Shown piece by piece: positions 1 through 11,695 of a stretch of 64,000 nt of DNA. The notes beneath the pieces are model-generated. The model searched no databases. It saw only the letters and a program-made list of their open reading frames with translations, and was not told where the DNA came from. The DNA is from Diplonema japonicum (taxonomy: Eukaryota > Protista > Euglenozoa: Diplonemea): the NCBI GenBank assembly GCA_964019335.1, contig OZ025670.1, positions 310,001 to 374,000 on the forward strand, read 5' to 3'. Numbering within the stretch: the first letter of the stretch is position 1; the number at the start of each line of letters is the position of its first letter. Both the position numbers and the translations under genes were made by a program.

Positions 1-802
1 GAACGAAGAGCTGAGAGCGGCGAACGAAAAATACCAAGAGTTCGGGCATATGGAGGTGATGTGCGATCAGTTGAACAACATGCAGCTGGACCTGAACCAG
101 GCATTGCAAAGGGCAGCACGAGCTGAGGAAGCATTGGCTGCAAAATCCCCACCACTCAGATCTATTTCGCAACGATCAGATGCGGAGACAGGCCGGGTGG
201 AATCGGAGATCGCTTTGAAAAGCGCAGAAATGTCAAGGAAGGACACGCGTATCAAAGAGCTAGAGATGAAGTATGACCTGCAAGGACGGGAGCTTGAAAT
301 GGCGTTGGAACAAGTTGCACGGCATTATGATGAAATAAAACTTCGTGAAGAGCGTCTTGAGGTGTTCGCAAAAGACACGGTAACTCTGCAACGAAGGGTG
401 CAGGAATTACTCTCGGCGACATCAAACAGAAAGGAAACGGAGGAGATTGCAAGGCTGAAGGGCGACTTGCTCGAGGCGAAGGAGCAACACCGGCAGGTTT
501 CGATTAAGTGGAAAAGGGTAGCGACCACCCTTCAAGACGCCAAAAAGGAAGGTGACGAACTGCGAGATGCAATGAAAGTTGCAGCCAGAGAGATCACCGC
601 ACTACACCGATCGCGAGAAGAGTTTAAAGCTTTCTCCGATGACCAAAACGTGCGCGTTTCAACCAGATTGGAGGAACAGGAAGAAGAGAACAAACACCTA
701 CGCATGGAGATGCTCAAGGTTATCTCCGAGCGGAACATCTTGCACGAGGTATGATTGGCGAATGAGAAAAAAAAAAAAAAATAGGAACTAACTCGTCGCT
801 AG
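1..802 (+). CDS. Coiled-coil protein, 5'-truncated by window edge; intron 749-784
   Basis: Open frame rich in E/K/R/L heptads; GT...A-run-TAG intron, then last exon ELTRR-stop. Confidence 0.7.
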
Positions 803-1218
803 GATCATTTTTGTTACTATTAAAAAAAAAAAAAGTTGATATCTATTTCGTGTCAAGAGGTTTTTTTTTTCTTTTTTTTTTGTTCCCTATTTAGACAGGG
901 AGATCACACCTCCCCCCTATTTCATTTTTCCCTTTAGATAAAAAAAAAAATTAAGATTGTTGTTTCTGTAGAGAATTTATTATTCCTTTTCCCCCTTTCT
1001 CGGTACGTTTGTTTGTCACTACTATTAACAACGTGGCACGGTGCTTTTGCATTCTTCCCAGTGGGGGTGCGGTGGTTCGTATTGCCTTTTCTTTCTTCTT
1101 GTTTCCCATATTTTCTTTGGGTAGATTGTAATTTTGATATTTATTCTGACTTTGCTCTTTTGCTGCTTTGTCTTTAGCTCCTTTTTACAGTTTTTTATTT
1201 CCACACAAAACAAACACA

Positions 1219-2724
1219 ATGTCTGCCCAAATGATTGAAGTGCCGATGAAGTTCGAGCTTGTAAGGAACGGGGAAGTGGTGGAGACGCGGAGGACGCGCC
1301 TGGTGAACCCGTCGTTCGAGGCGGTGGCGGCAGTGGGGGCTGGATGGTCGAGGGGGAAGAGCACGACGCTGCAGTACGTGGACGACGAGGGGGACCTTGT
1401 GACGATGGACACTGAGGGGGAGTGGTGCGAGTGCATGCGCTTGTGGAGAGGAGAAGGGACGCTGAAGGTCCGTCTGGTGCTCCCCTCTCTTGAGGGTGGG
1501 AAGGGTCGTGGTCCCTGCTGGTGGAGGAAGGCTGAGAGGTGCAGGAGCAGATCTAGGAGCAGGAGCCGATCAGGGAGCAGGAGCCCAACCAGAAGGTGTG
1601 GCAAGAACTATGGTGTTGCCACGTGGTGGCAGAAATGGATGGGAGATACCACTGGTATGTGGGAGGAGTTCGGCGATGATAAGGAAGAAGACTCGTGTGA
1701 GGTGACAGCTACACAAGCCGTTGTGGTGGAGAAGATCCTGAAGAAGCTTCACGGAGAGGACACGATGGTGGCCCTTGCGAGCGGGACTGTTGACGCGAAG
1801 GCCCTCGGGTGCAAAGGGTGGCTTTCTGTGAAGGTTCTGGAGGACGGTGAAGTGGACCTGGACGTGAAGGTTCGGAAGCTGTACAACATGCTGCACCAGA
1901 AGGGCCTCGACTCCTTGCACTCGAAGGATGTTGAGGCTGTGGACTGGTTCACTCTGTGCACGGAGCTGGAGCCTTCTCGGTGTGTCGGTTGGTACAACCT
2001 TTCCTGTGCTCTGCTGGTGCTGCAGGTTCCCCTTCAGAAGGGAGAGGCGGAGAAGGAGCAGGTTGTGTCACAGGCTCTGGAGGCTTTGGAAGGGGCGGTG
2101 AAGAACGGCTACAGCAAGTGGCGCCACATGGCGACCGATCCTGACCTGGAGGAAGTGAGGAAGAACCCCAGGTTCCTTGTCCTCTTTCCCGAGAGGATCG
2201 GTAGCATGTATGCCAGGAAGCACTCCCTGAAGGGACACCACAAGCAGTGTGTGAAGCGCAGCGATGAGCACCACGGGCACAGCCAGTGCAAGAAGGGGAA
2301 GAAGGAGAAGGAACAGGTTGTGACAGGGGTCCCGTGCAGCAATGGGTGCGGGTTCGAGACAACAGGTGTCTTTAGAAACTATTGCTGCAAGAAGTGTTCG
2401 AAGGGGAAGGGGCATGGGAAGAAGTGTAGACAGCAGCTTGTTGCGCAGACTGCCCCCGAGACCGACTCGTCGGGCACTACCACTGAGCCCTCTTTGGTGG
2501 AACTTCCCGTGCCGGAGCTGTCTGCACCTGAGCCTGAAGTTATTCCCGTTCAAGAAGTGCCCGTTCCTGTGGAGGTGGCGGCACCTGCTCCTGCGGAGAT
2601 GGAGTACGCACAGCAGATCACCGCCCTGCAGGGGATGGGGTTCCCTGTCGACGCAGCCCTGCTTGCCGCCCTCAAGACACACAACGGCGACCTCATGGCA
2701 GTCGTGAACGGCATCCTCATGTGA
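1219..2724 (+). CDS. PB1-TPR-like-Cys/His module-UBA protein, p62/NBR1-like, copy A
   Basis: PB1 OPCA motif YVDDEGDLVTM; WYNLSC...GY...DPDL TPR-like cap; CCxxC...HGxxC module; C-terminal LQGMGF UBA-like motif. Confidence 0.8.
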   Translation: MSAQMIEVPMKFELVRNGEVVETRRTRLVNPSFEAVAAVGAGWSRGKSTTLQYVDDEGDLVTMDTEGEWCECMRLWRGEGTLKVRLVLPSLEGGKGRGPCWWRKAERCRSRSRSRSRSGSRSPTRRCGKNYGVATWWQKWMGDTTGMWEEFGDDKEEDSCEVTATQAVVVEKILKKLHGEDTMVALASGTVDAKALGCKGWLSVKVLEDGEVDLDVKVRKLYNMLHQKGLDSLHSKDVEAVDWFTLCTELEPSRCVGWYNLSCALLVLQVPLQKGEAEKEQVVSQALEALEGAVKNGYSKWRHMATDPDLEEVRKNPRFLVLFPERIGSMYARKHSLKGHHKQCVKRSDEHHGHSQCKKGKKEKEQVVTGVPCSNGCGFETTGVFRNYCCKKCSKGKGHGKKCRQQLVAQTAPETDSSGTTTEPSLVELPVPELSAPEPEVIPVQEVPVPVEVAAPAPAEMEYAQQITALQGMGFPVDAALLAALKTHNGDLMAVVNGILM

Positions 2725-3090
2725 AGCACCCATGGACCACTACTCGTGTTGTTTGGAAAGTAAGAAACGTTATTTTTTCTAAAAAAAAACGAAGAATAAT
2801 TTGTAAGAATGGCGGAGGAGGGGGGGGGGGGGGGATAAAGAAAACACACACCAATTTCTTTTTTTTTTTATACTCTGCTTCGTTTTCTTTCTCTTTTCTT
2901 CATCTTTTTCCTAGCCCCCTTTGTTTTTTTTTTATTATTTTGGAAGGAAAAAAAAAAGAATACCAAAACCTATTGGGAGAAAAAAAAAAAAAAAAAAAAA
3001 AAAACCTCTTTGTTTTCTATCCCAACATCCACATCTAATCAAAAAAAAAAAAAGAGAGAGGAGGTGGAAGGGGGAAGGAAGAAAAAAAAA

Positions 3091-3976
3091 ATGTTGGATG
3101 ACAGGTTGTCGAGCTTGTTTGGAAGCGAAAGGGGCAGCGAGTTAACCCAGCTGTGCAGGTCATATGGCGTTGACGACGAAGCAGATTTGGAGATGAAGAT
3201 AAAGGAAGACCTTCCAATTTTCAGCGAGGAGGAGCTGGATATTATGAAACGGGAGTTTGGGGGAGGACGGGAGAGACACCGACAGCGTAAAGAACACACT
3301 GTAATCAACAATGAACATCTTGACGGCGAAACAGAGGATATGATACAGAATTTCATAAACCAAGCCGACTCCGAGACTGACCGGGAACCCCTAGCTAACG
3401 CTCTGCGTGGCATTGGCAAACCAGACGCAGTCGCCGTAATGCGTAAAGACTACCGGGAAGCAAGGTGCTTCACAGCCCTCGCATTCACCACCATCGGCTC
3501 GTTTCGTACAAAACAGAGAGTCCGTAGATTTGTAGAAGAGAATCGGTTAGAAGGCGAAACCGATGTGGTCGATGCTTTGCACCGCTTAAAGCCCCGTGAT
3601 GTGGCAGGCTGTTTGAAACCCCTTACAGAGGCGCGGGACCCCATCGCGGTTATCCGAGCAAGGATTAACAGGGTTCTCAGGGAGCTGGGGAGACCCGTCC
3701 TCCGTAGCAACAACAGGGACAGGCGGGAACGTGATGTTGGTAGAAAACGCCGGCGATCGTCCTCAGAATCCCGAAGCGGGCGGGACCGGAAACGAACAGC
3801 ACGCCGACGTGCATCCTCTGAAAGCGTGTCATGTGACAGTCAGTATGGGAAAAAAAAAAAAAAAAAAAGAAAAAAACACCTCTTTCAGGGACATTGATCA
3901 GCACACTGCTCGGATCGATGAATTCGTGCGGGAAAATTGTAATGACGATGCTGTGGTATTTTTTTTGGGTGACAAC

Positions 3977-4007
<31 letters not shown>

Positions 4008-4348
4008 AGCGCACACTTCAAAACCTGAAGGAGCTCCCCATGCGTGCCGCGGTGAAGATCATGGCGAAGGACCTCAGCACTGCGAAGAACAAAACCGCTG
4101 TCATCTTCTCGAGGATCAACGACGCACGGTCTGCCGGGCCCAGGACCGCGGAGAGGATCGACGCGTACTGCCGGAAGAATAGACTCGACGACGACACCGA
4201 GGACAGGCTGCGATGCCTTCCCAAGTTAGAGGCACTGTACGTAATGGATAAGGACTATTCCCACCTGAAGGACCCAAACAGCATGGTGCTCGCAAGCTGT
4301 AAGAACGCGAAGGGTGCTGAGGACTATATTTCGAGGTACAATGCGGGG

Positions 4349-4379
<31 letters not shown>

Positions 4380-4765
4380 ACGATCGAGTAGAGAGTTTTA
4401 TTAAGGGCCTTGACATCTCTGAAGAGGAGGAGTCGGCCCTCAGAATAGCTGACTCGAAAACATTCAAAAAAATCATGAAGAAGGCAGACACCAATGATAA
4501 AAACGAAACGCTCAGCAGAATCAGCAAATACGTGAAAACTGTTACAGTGTGCAGGAATGAAGACGATCCGGTCATAGGTCTCGATTTTCTTCCATGCACC
4601 ACCATCATCAACAAAACAATGGATGGTACGCCTGCTGAACGGGCTGGGATCAGGAGTGGCTGGCGTGTGCTTGCTGTCAACGATCGGCCAATTCTGTCAA
4701 AAGAAGAAGCCGCAAATCTTGCCGGTACACTGCCAACCTTCACCATAACCCTGTCAACTGTTTGA
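3091..4765 (+). CDS. Protein with repeated small helical domains, RS-rich linker and C-terminal PDZ-like domain; introns 3843-3888, 3956-4006, 4336-4377
   Basis: Two ORFs joined by GT-AG introns; repeats such as IDAYCRKNRLDDDTEDRL...KD...DP; PDZ-like GTPAERAGIRSGWRVLAVND. Confidence 0.7.
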
Positions 4766-4813
4766 GATTTTTTTTTTTTTTTTTTAAACCAGCCCCCTTT
4801 TTAAGTGTGTGAT

Positions 4814-4859
<46 letters not shown>

Positions 4860-5379
4860 TAGAAAGAAAGAGAAATCGCTCCACCCCCCTTTCCTGGTTT
4901 TAGAAGAAGAAGAAGAAGAAAAGTGTTTGGGTGAAGAAAAAAAAAGGAAAAAAAAAAGAGGGAGATAACCCCGTACTCTCTCTCTGCCGGTTTAAGTATT
5001 TTTTTTAAAGGGGTGGGTCCTCAAGTGGGATTTGCCCCTTTAAAAACATCGCTTTTTTTTTTTAACTGGAACAAGTAAGCAAAACTTTGAAAGACACAAA
5101 TTTGTTTAATGCAAGAGTAGAGGGACAGCTTTGTCCGTTTAACAAACCCCTTCTGTCGATGAAAAACGGCCCGCACAAAAAGAAAAAAAAAAGAAAAAAA
5201 GAAAAAAAAAACAATCAGCCGACTCTTTTTCTTTTCTTTTTTTTTTTCTTCTTCTTCTTCGGAGTGTTCACTTTATTTTTTTCACCCTTACTCTTATTTT
5301 TTTTTTGTTCATTCGATGGATCACAGTGAAAACCCGAAGTGAGGCGACAAAAAAAAAAAGGAGGGAGGGGGGGGAAAAA

Positions 5380-7628
5380 ATGGCATTTTCTGACTCAGAC
5401 CACAGCATGGAAGAAGAGGTTAAAAGTGAAGAGTCGGACCATGATAAACTCTCGTGGACAGGGACAGGGACGGGTTCTGCCACCCCGCGGAGAATGCTAC
5501 GCCCGAGCAGAAGGTTGTCTCAGAGAAGCGACGGCAGCTCCACTTTGCGTAGAACGTCAATGCAAGCCAGCCCAATGAACGGAAAGGGCCACCGGCGAAC
5601 ATATAGCGCTCAGTCAAATTATTCAAACGATTTGGAAACAAATTCATTGGACGCTTCTGATAACGATTCCTCACCGCGCACACCATCGAATCACGCTTTG
5701 CCTCCAAAGGCATCACGGAAAGCTCAGGAAACAACTCCGGCACCGGTTCCGAAGCTCGATCTTAACCCAATATCCTCCCTCGGGTCACTCCGCATAGGTG
5801 GGGCAGCGGGCGCTGCAAAAATTCTTATCTCCCCACCAATGGGCCTTAAAAAACACGAGGATCCGAAACAAGGAGATGACGCATTGGTGTTCAGCCCACT
5901 GTGCGGTTCGACTACCACAGGAACGGCAACAGCACAGCATTCACCTCCTCTTTCAGTAAAGACACCTCAGTCGATGTTGTCGCCTTTTTCACCAGGGACA
6001 CCAAACATGCCTTCTCCTCATTCTCCCGCAACACCAGAGTGTCATGATGTGGAGCCGCCTGCTGTGGACGAGCCTGATGCGAATATCGATGAGACAGACT
6101 TGGCGAGTACAAGTTCTGGTTCGTCATGTGACGGTACAGGGGCTTTCAACGACACTGTTGGGGATAGTTTCATTGATTTCAGCGGCCCTGCCAGTCAAGC
6201 TACCATCCCTGTCGATACTAGCTTCTCTCAGGAAGGCTCCACCTTCTCCCAACTTCTGCGTGACCGGGCTGCTAAAGGCGGGCCTCGACAGGCGTTGTCC
6301 AAGCACAAACCCACCCCCGTTTCCCTTCCCGCCCCAGCTCATTCTCCCGAGAAAAGCCCTGACAACAACGTGTCTCACAACATGCCGTTTGACCCTTCCG
6401 ATTCCAGTCGCTTGGACGCTGCTTTGAAGAAAATCGCGGAACAAGAAGTATGTTGCGGGATTTTTTTTAAAAAAAAAAAATAATAATAATAAGAAAAAAA
6501 AAAATTTTTTTTTTGATCTACAGCGAATGATAGAACAGCTTACGCAAACGAATGGTGCGTTGACCAAGAAGGTTAGGACCGCGGAGGCGGACCTGCAGCG
6601 GGTTATCGCTCAGCAAGCGGACGTGATGGGGAGGCTGAATCATGAGATAGAGATTGAAAGATCGAAATCCCCGAGAGGCACACCGCGGGGGACACCGAGG
6701 GACGAGGTATCATGTTCTTTTTTTCTTTTTTTTTTTTTTTTTTTTGACGGCGACCAAGCTGAAAGGACTGAGAGAAGATTACCGGAAAGAAAGGATTGGA
6801 AGATATAGGCACGCCACCGCGGCGGGCCGTTGCTAACCACTTCGTTCCTATCATAGTGAATTTTTTTTTTTTTTTTTTTTGATGTTCCAAAAAAAAAAAG
6901 ATTAAAAAATAAAAATAAAACAGTCAAGAGCTTCGGACTTTCAAATAGCAGACTTGAAGATTACGATCGCTGATAAACAAGTGTGTTTCTCTTTTTTTTT
7001 TTTTTTCCCCTCCCAGGAAAAAAAAAAAAAAAAAAAAAAATAGAATGAAATCTGTGACTTGAAGGATGCTGTACAGCGCTTAAAGGCCAGAACTCATGAG
7101 GATGTCTCTGTAAGCGAGGAAAAACTCCAAAAAGCGAGATCAGAAATGGATGCATTAGAAGAGCGACGGAAAGAAGTCGAGAAGGAGCAGGTTGCGGCAG
7201 AGTGCCGCCGTGTTGACGCACAGCGTGAGTTCGAGGAGATGGAGGCCAAGGTGAAGAGTTTGAAGGAGAAGCATGGGAGGCTGGATGATGATGTGGCTGA
7301 TATGGAAAGGAAGCTCAAGAAGGAACGGTTGATGAATAAACAGAATAACAGGCAGCGAGAAGAAGAAGAACGGCGGTCATCTACTCCAAGAGTGAGCTCC
7401 GAGGCGGAGGCTGAATATCAGCGTGCGAACCACCGTCTTACTTCAGAACTAGCTGATATCAAAGCTTCTTATGCTTGGGCAGAGACATGCCTGGACCGAC
7501 TGGGCATACAGTCGTCAATGTGGAGCAACCCAGCAACCACCCCACCCCCTGCACTCCTTTCTTCTGCCCGCCTCCGGCAGGACCGGCTGGTCTGTGTTTC
7601 CCTTACATCCGAAAAACCGCAAATGTAG
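5380..7628 (+). CDS. S/T/P-rich disordered N-terminus plus coiled-coil protein; introns about 6448-6523, 6707-6774, 6856-6923, 6981-7043
   Basis: Adjacent ORFs reconciled with canonical GT-AG introns; the middle exon boundaries are uncertain. Confidence 0.65.
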
Positions 7629-7974
7629 CATAATAGAAGGAAAAAAAGTTTTTTTTTTCCCCTGTTCTCTAACCTTTACTTTGTTTCTCACCCTCCCATC
7701 CCCTCTCTCCCTTACCAAATAAAAAAAAAAAAGGGAAAAACTTTTTTATGTCCCCCCCTTTTTTTTTCCTCCTAAGTAGTTTAGCATGTTCTTTTTTTTC
7801 TTCTTTTCCCCTATTCTTCGTTTCTTCCTTTGTATTTTTCTCTGTTCTCAGACATCAGAGGAAAAAAAAAAGAATAAAAGATTATGTTCCCCCCAAGTAT
7901 CGCCGTCGTTTAAAAGAAGAAAAAGAAACATCCAGTGGGGGGAGGGGGCAAGAAGAAGGGGAAACAAAAATACA

Positions 7975-9303
7975 ATGCCGCCTGTGCCGCCGCCACCGCC
8001 GGGTGCTAAGGGAGGCCCACCTCCCCCTCCTGGGGGGAAAGGGGCGCCCCCACCTCCCCCTCCGGGGGGGAAAGGAGCCCCCCCACCCCCTCCTGGGGGG
8101 AAGGGTCCCCCCGCACCCCCGGGGGGTGCGGCACCTCCGCCTGCGCCAAAGCCAGGTGCTAAAAAAACAGTGAAAAAAGCGAACCCTGGTGCATTATTAG
8201 CAGAGCTGGCTGCAGGGGGGTTCAAATTAAAGAAGACAGTTACAGTGGACAAGTCAAAGAACTTACCTGATCCGCAGTTCATGGAAAAGAAACAGGTGGC
8301 TGCACCCCCACCACCCTCAGGTGGTCCCCCACCACCCCCTCCTGGGGGGAAGGGGCCCCCACCACCCCCGGGGGGTGCGGCACCTCCGCCTGCGCCAAAG
8401 CCAGGTGCTAAAAAAACAGTGAAAAAAGCGAACCCCGGGGCACTATTAGCAGAGCTGTCTGCAGGGGGGTTCAAATTAAAGAAGACAGTTACAGTGGACA
8501 AGTCAAAGAACTTACCTGATCCGCAGTTCATGGAAAAGAAGCAGGTGGCTGCACCCCCACCACCTGCAGGTGGTCCTCCACCACCCGCAGCTGCTCCTCC
8601 ACCTACAACTAGCCTTCCACCCACAGCTCCGCCTCCAAAGCACCAGACATTGCTGCCGGATACCAGGTTAAGCGGAAGAGGGTGGGAAGTGGCTATGATG
8701 GCCGAGTCGGCCGTCGAGCGGTTCAACAAAGACAGTGGGCTGCTTACGCAGACATTTATCAAGGAGCTGCTGTACATGGAAGCAGAGTGGCGCATGGACG
8801 TATGTCACGCCACCATCAAACACAACACACAGGCGGAGACCAAAGAGAGACGAGAGCGGAGAGAGCTCAGTATGGAAGAGCTGCAAGAGGTGGATGGCAT
8901 GCGGGCAGCTGAGTCCGTGAGCATAGGTGAGAAATTGGGAGGCTACAGCCCAAACGGGTCGGGTGAGCTAGCCTCGTATCTAAGAGCCGATGCACCGTAC
9001 GCAAGGCCGTCGACACGGGACAAAGGTTTCGAGCTGGCAGCCCTGATGGCACGAACACCGCCTGCTCCGCGGACTGACCACAGGGCCTCCTTCTACCGCC
9101 CCCAGGTACAGCAATCTTACAATGCAGAGCTTAGCGCGCTCCAATCAGCTATTTCCGCTGCCCGTGCCAGAAGCCCTCACACGTCCTTGCATGCTTATAA
9201 CCCCCCCTCAAACCATCCGCGGCCAGGCCTCCAGACCTACTACACCGCAGAGGGCGCACGCTACTTCTACGATCCTGTCTCGGGTGAGACGCGATGGGCT
9301 TGA
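7975..9303 (+). CDS. Proline-rich protein with two WH2 motifs and a C-terminal WW-like domain (WIP/verprolin-like actin regulator)
   Basis: ALLAEL.AGGFKLKKT occurs twice (WH2 LKKT motif); poly-Pro tracts; YYTAEGARYFYDPVSGETRW. Confidence 0.7.
   Translation: MPPVPPPPPGAKGGPPPPPGGKGAPPPPPPGGKGAPPPPPGGKGPPAPPGGAAPPPAPKPGAKKTVKKANPGALLAELAAGGFKLKKTVTVDKSKNLPDPQFMEKKQVAAPPPPSGGPPPPPPGGKGPPPPPGGAAPPPAPKPGAKKTVKKANPGALLAELSAGGFKLKKTVTVDKSKNLPDPQFMEKKQVAAPPPPAGGPPPPAAAPPPTTSLPPTAPPPKHQTLLPDTRLSGRGWEVAMMAESAVERFNKDSGLLTQTFIKELLYMEAEWRMDVCHATIKHNTQAETKERRERRELSMEELQEVDGMRAAESVSIGEKLGGYSPNGSGELASYLRADAPYARPSTRDKGFELAALMARTPPAPRTDHRASFYRPQVQQSYNAELSALQSAISAARARSPHTSLHAYNPPSNHPRPGLQTYYTAEGARYFYDPVSGETRWA
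8085..8580 (+). repeat. Intragenic tandem duplication, about 249 bp unit x2 (Pro-rich segment plus WH2)
   Basis: Near-identical DNA offset by 249 nt, e.g. aaaaaaacagtgaaaaaagcg at 8161 and 8410. Confidence 0.9.
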
Positions 9304-9479
9304 TTTCTTTATTCCTTCTTTCTTTTCTTTGTAAAATTTTTACTTTTTTGTGAACCCCTATGAACCCCCCCCCCTCCCCTCTTTCCCCCTTGCCTGCCCT
9401 GCGATTTCTGCTACATTATTACTTTTTTTGTGTTTGTTCCTGCCCGCATAACAAAAAAACCCCCCGCTTAGCCAATGAA

Positions 9480-11321
9480 ATGCGCCTCCCGACCCGTAGG
9501 GTCCCTGAGTTTCTATTGAAGGCATGCGAGGCAGATGTGAAGAAGGTGGCTGTGAAGATGCCGGACAGGATAAAGACGAAGCCGCCAGACCCGATGGGCT
9601 TGGACAACGTGTGGGAGATGGAAGACATGGTGGACAAGGTGAATACCTTGAAAGAGGTTCCGGTGAAGATCAAAGAAAGGGGCCAAAACATAAATGAACT
9701 GGGCTGCACGCAGAGCGAGACGGTACTGCTGGCGATCTTGACGAAAAACGAGGTGAGGCACAACGAGTCAGCGGAGGTGGCAACCGTCTTGAAATCGATC
9801 CAATCCATCCCGGGCGGCCTGTCCTTCAAGGGGTTTCAACAATGCTGCATTTCACTACTACGAATACGAACAACCCAGTACACCGACACCGTGACAGAGA
9901 TCATGCTGCAGAACATAAAAACCCACGTTCTATCAGACCGCGACAACAAGCACCCCAACGTACTCATTAACGCCATCTTGGTACTGACTTACTACTGTCA
10001 GCGGTCCGAGAATGTCGAGACGCTTTTGAAATATCTTGTGGAAACCCGTCTGATGTCGATCACTGACCCAGCAGCCTTCAACGACGACGGGAAGTTTCTA
10101 ATGGGGGTCCTCAAAGCGTTGAACAAAACAAAGCGAAGAGAGCTGTTCATAAAGCTGTACGAAAAGACGCTTCAAGAATGTCTTGACGGTGCGTACAAGA
10201 GCAAACGGCAGTGGGTTCTGTTGTTTGGAAGGATCATACCGCCGTCAGCACACGCAGATTACGCTAACCTTTTACTGACGCATTTGGAAGACGGGTACAA
10301 TGAGAACACTGCTTACCCGCTCGCCATCGCTTTTTACTACAACGAAAAAAACGAGACGCGAAAGAGAATGGAACACCTCATTATAAAAACGATTGAGGAT
10401 CACGCGAGAACGACGTTTTTAAAAGGGCACAACTGGGTGGTGGCGAAGGCCATCAACGCCCTTCACACAGGATTCGATTTGCACATTAAAAACCCGGCCT
10501 GGGTTATCCTCTTCGAGATCTTTCATCAAGTCCCAACAACAAACCCAGGTACACTCCCTGGTGTCCTCAGCGCAATGGCCAAACACCAATGGTACCCACA
10601 CCAGCTGAACGAAGCCATCGAGAAAAGCATTATGACAGACTTCCGGTGGGTAGAAAGATTGCCTAGCATACAGGACGCGGCGATCCTCTTGAAATCTATG
10701 AGAGCGCTCAACATTCTAAAAGGTTGTGTCTTGCATCGTGTTGTTGAACTGTACGGGCTCTTCGAAAAAATACAAAAAAGAAATAGTTGCGGTGAATTGA
10801 TAATTGTAGGAAGGTGCCTTGCAACCACAGAGGACAAGGATGTCAAGGATAAACTTTCGCCTGGTTTTTTGAAGTGTATTGGCAATGTTCGGAACCAGCG
10901 TGCTGCGTCGGCAGGTTCGTTATGCTCGATGATAGTCTCAAGCGTGCAGCTGAGTTATGAGAACCATGCTGTGTATGGTAAGCTTCTGGCGGAGCTTAAA
11001 ACCCGCAGAGACGTCCCGAATCATTTTTTCGCGAACATGTTGCCACATGTGCCTTTGTCGGTGTCAAAGGACATTCTGCCTTTTTTGAGCCCGGCCTCGC
11101 TGTCACCAAATCTTGCGTTTTCTCTTATACATACTTGTGCTTCATTGTCTGTTGATCATTCCCGTGAAACAGCACTGGCCTTGTTCGATAAGGCAGCGCG
11201 TGTGGAGTCCAAGTTTCTACGTCAGAATCTTCACCACGTCCAGCTTGTTGTAAAGGCCATGTCGCGGACGAGCCTCCCGCACCCGGAGTTGATTAGAAAG
11301 CTGTCGAGCGAGTATTTTTGA
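9480..11321 (+). CDS. Hypothetical alpha-helical protein, possibly mitochondrial
   Basis: Uninterrupted ORF of about 610 codons; basic N-terminus MRLPTRR; Leu-rich helical composition. Confidence 0.65.
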   Translation: MRLPTRRVPEFLLKACEADVKKVAVKMPDRIKTKPPDPMGLDNVWEMEDMVDKVNTLKEVPVKIKERGQNINELGCTQSETVLLAILTKNEVRHNESAEVATVLKSIQSIPGGLSFKGFQQCCISLLRIRTTQYTDTVTEIMLQNIKTHVLSDRDNKHPNVLINAILVLTYYCQRSENVETLLKYLVETRLMSITDPAAFNDDGKFLMGVLKALNKTKRRELFIKLYEKTLQECLDGAYKSKRQWVLLFGRIIPPSAHADYANLLLTHLEDGYNENTAYPLAIAFYYNEKNETRKRMEHLIIKTIEDHARTTFLKGHNWVVAKAINALHTGFDLHIKNPAWVILFEIFHQVPTTNPGTLPGVLSAMAKHQWYPHQLNEAIEKSIMTDFRWVERLPSIQDAAILLKSMRALNILKGCVLHRVVELYGLFEKIQKRNSCGELIIVGRCLATTEDKDVKDKLSPGFLKCIGNVRNQRAASAGSLCSMIVSSVQLSYENHAVYGKLLAELKTRRDVPNHFFANMLPHVPLSVSKDILPFLSPASLSPNLAFSLIHTCASLSVDHSRETALALFDKAARVESKFLRQNLHHVQLVVKAMSRTSLPHPELIRKLSSEYF

Positions 11322-11695
11322 TTTTTTTTCTTCTTTTTCTTTATATTGAGGACGTCGGGTTTGACATACTATTACCCCCTTTTTTTTTTAGTCTTTTTCC
11401 ACATGAAGAAATCTGTGCGGTTCGTGCACATGGAAGAAATACCGGTTTTGAAGGCAAAGCGGCACGGTGTGGTGCCGCCGCCGCCGCCTGTAGTTGACGG
11501 GGCGAATAGCGTTCCTCCTCCTCCACCACCACCACCACCGCCATCTGTTAGAATTGGGTGATCCACGTGTATTGAAAATACCCTTGCCCCCTCCACCTAT
11601 TTCGGGAAATGTGTCCCGCGGGGTATTCCCCCCTCCCACCCCCTCTGCCCCTGAAAAAAAAAAGGAAGGAATAAAAAAAAAAGAAGAAAGAAAAA

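Noticed and set aside
3956-4377. Poly-lysine tracts inside proteins
   Set aside because: They are in-frame A-rich introns bounded by GT and AG, so they are probably not translated.
6809-6928. Non-canonical GC-AG or recursive intron
   Set aside because: A fully canonical solution exists (introns 6707-6774 and 6856-6923) and gives a plausible peptide. RNA data would be needed to claim otherwise.
7848-8795. Long minus-strand ORFs (also 47063-47998 and 36684-37436)
   Set aside because: They are antisense shadows of GC-rich or repetitive + strand genes.
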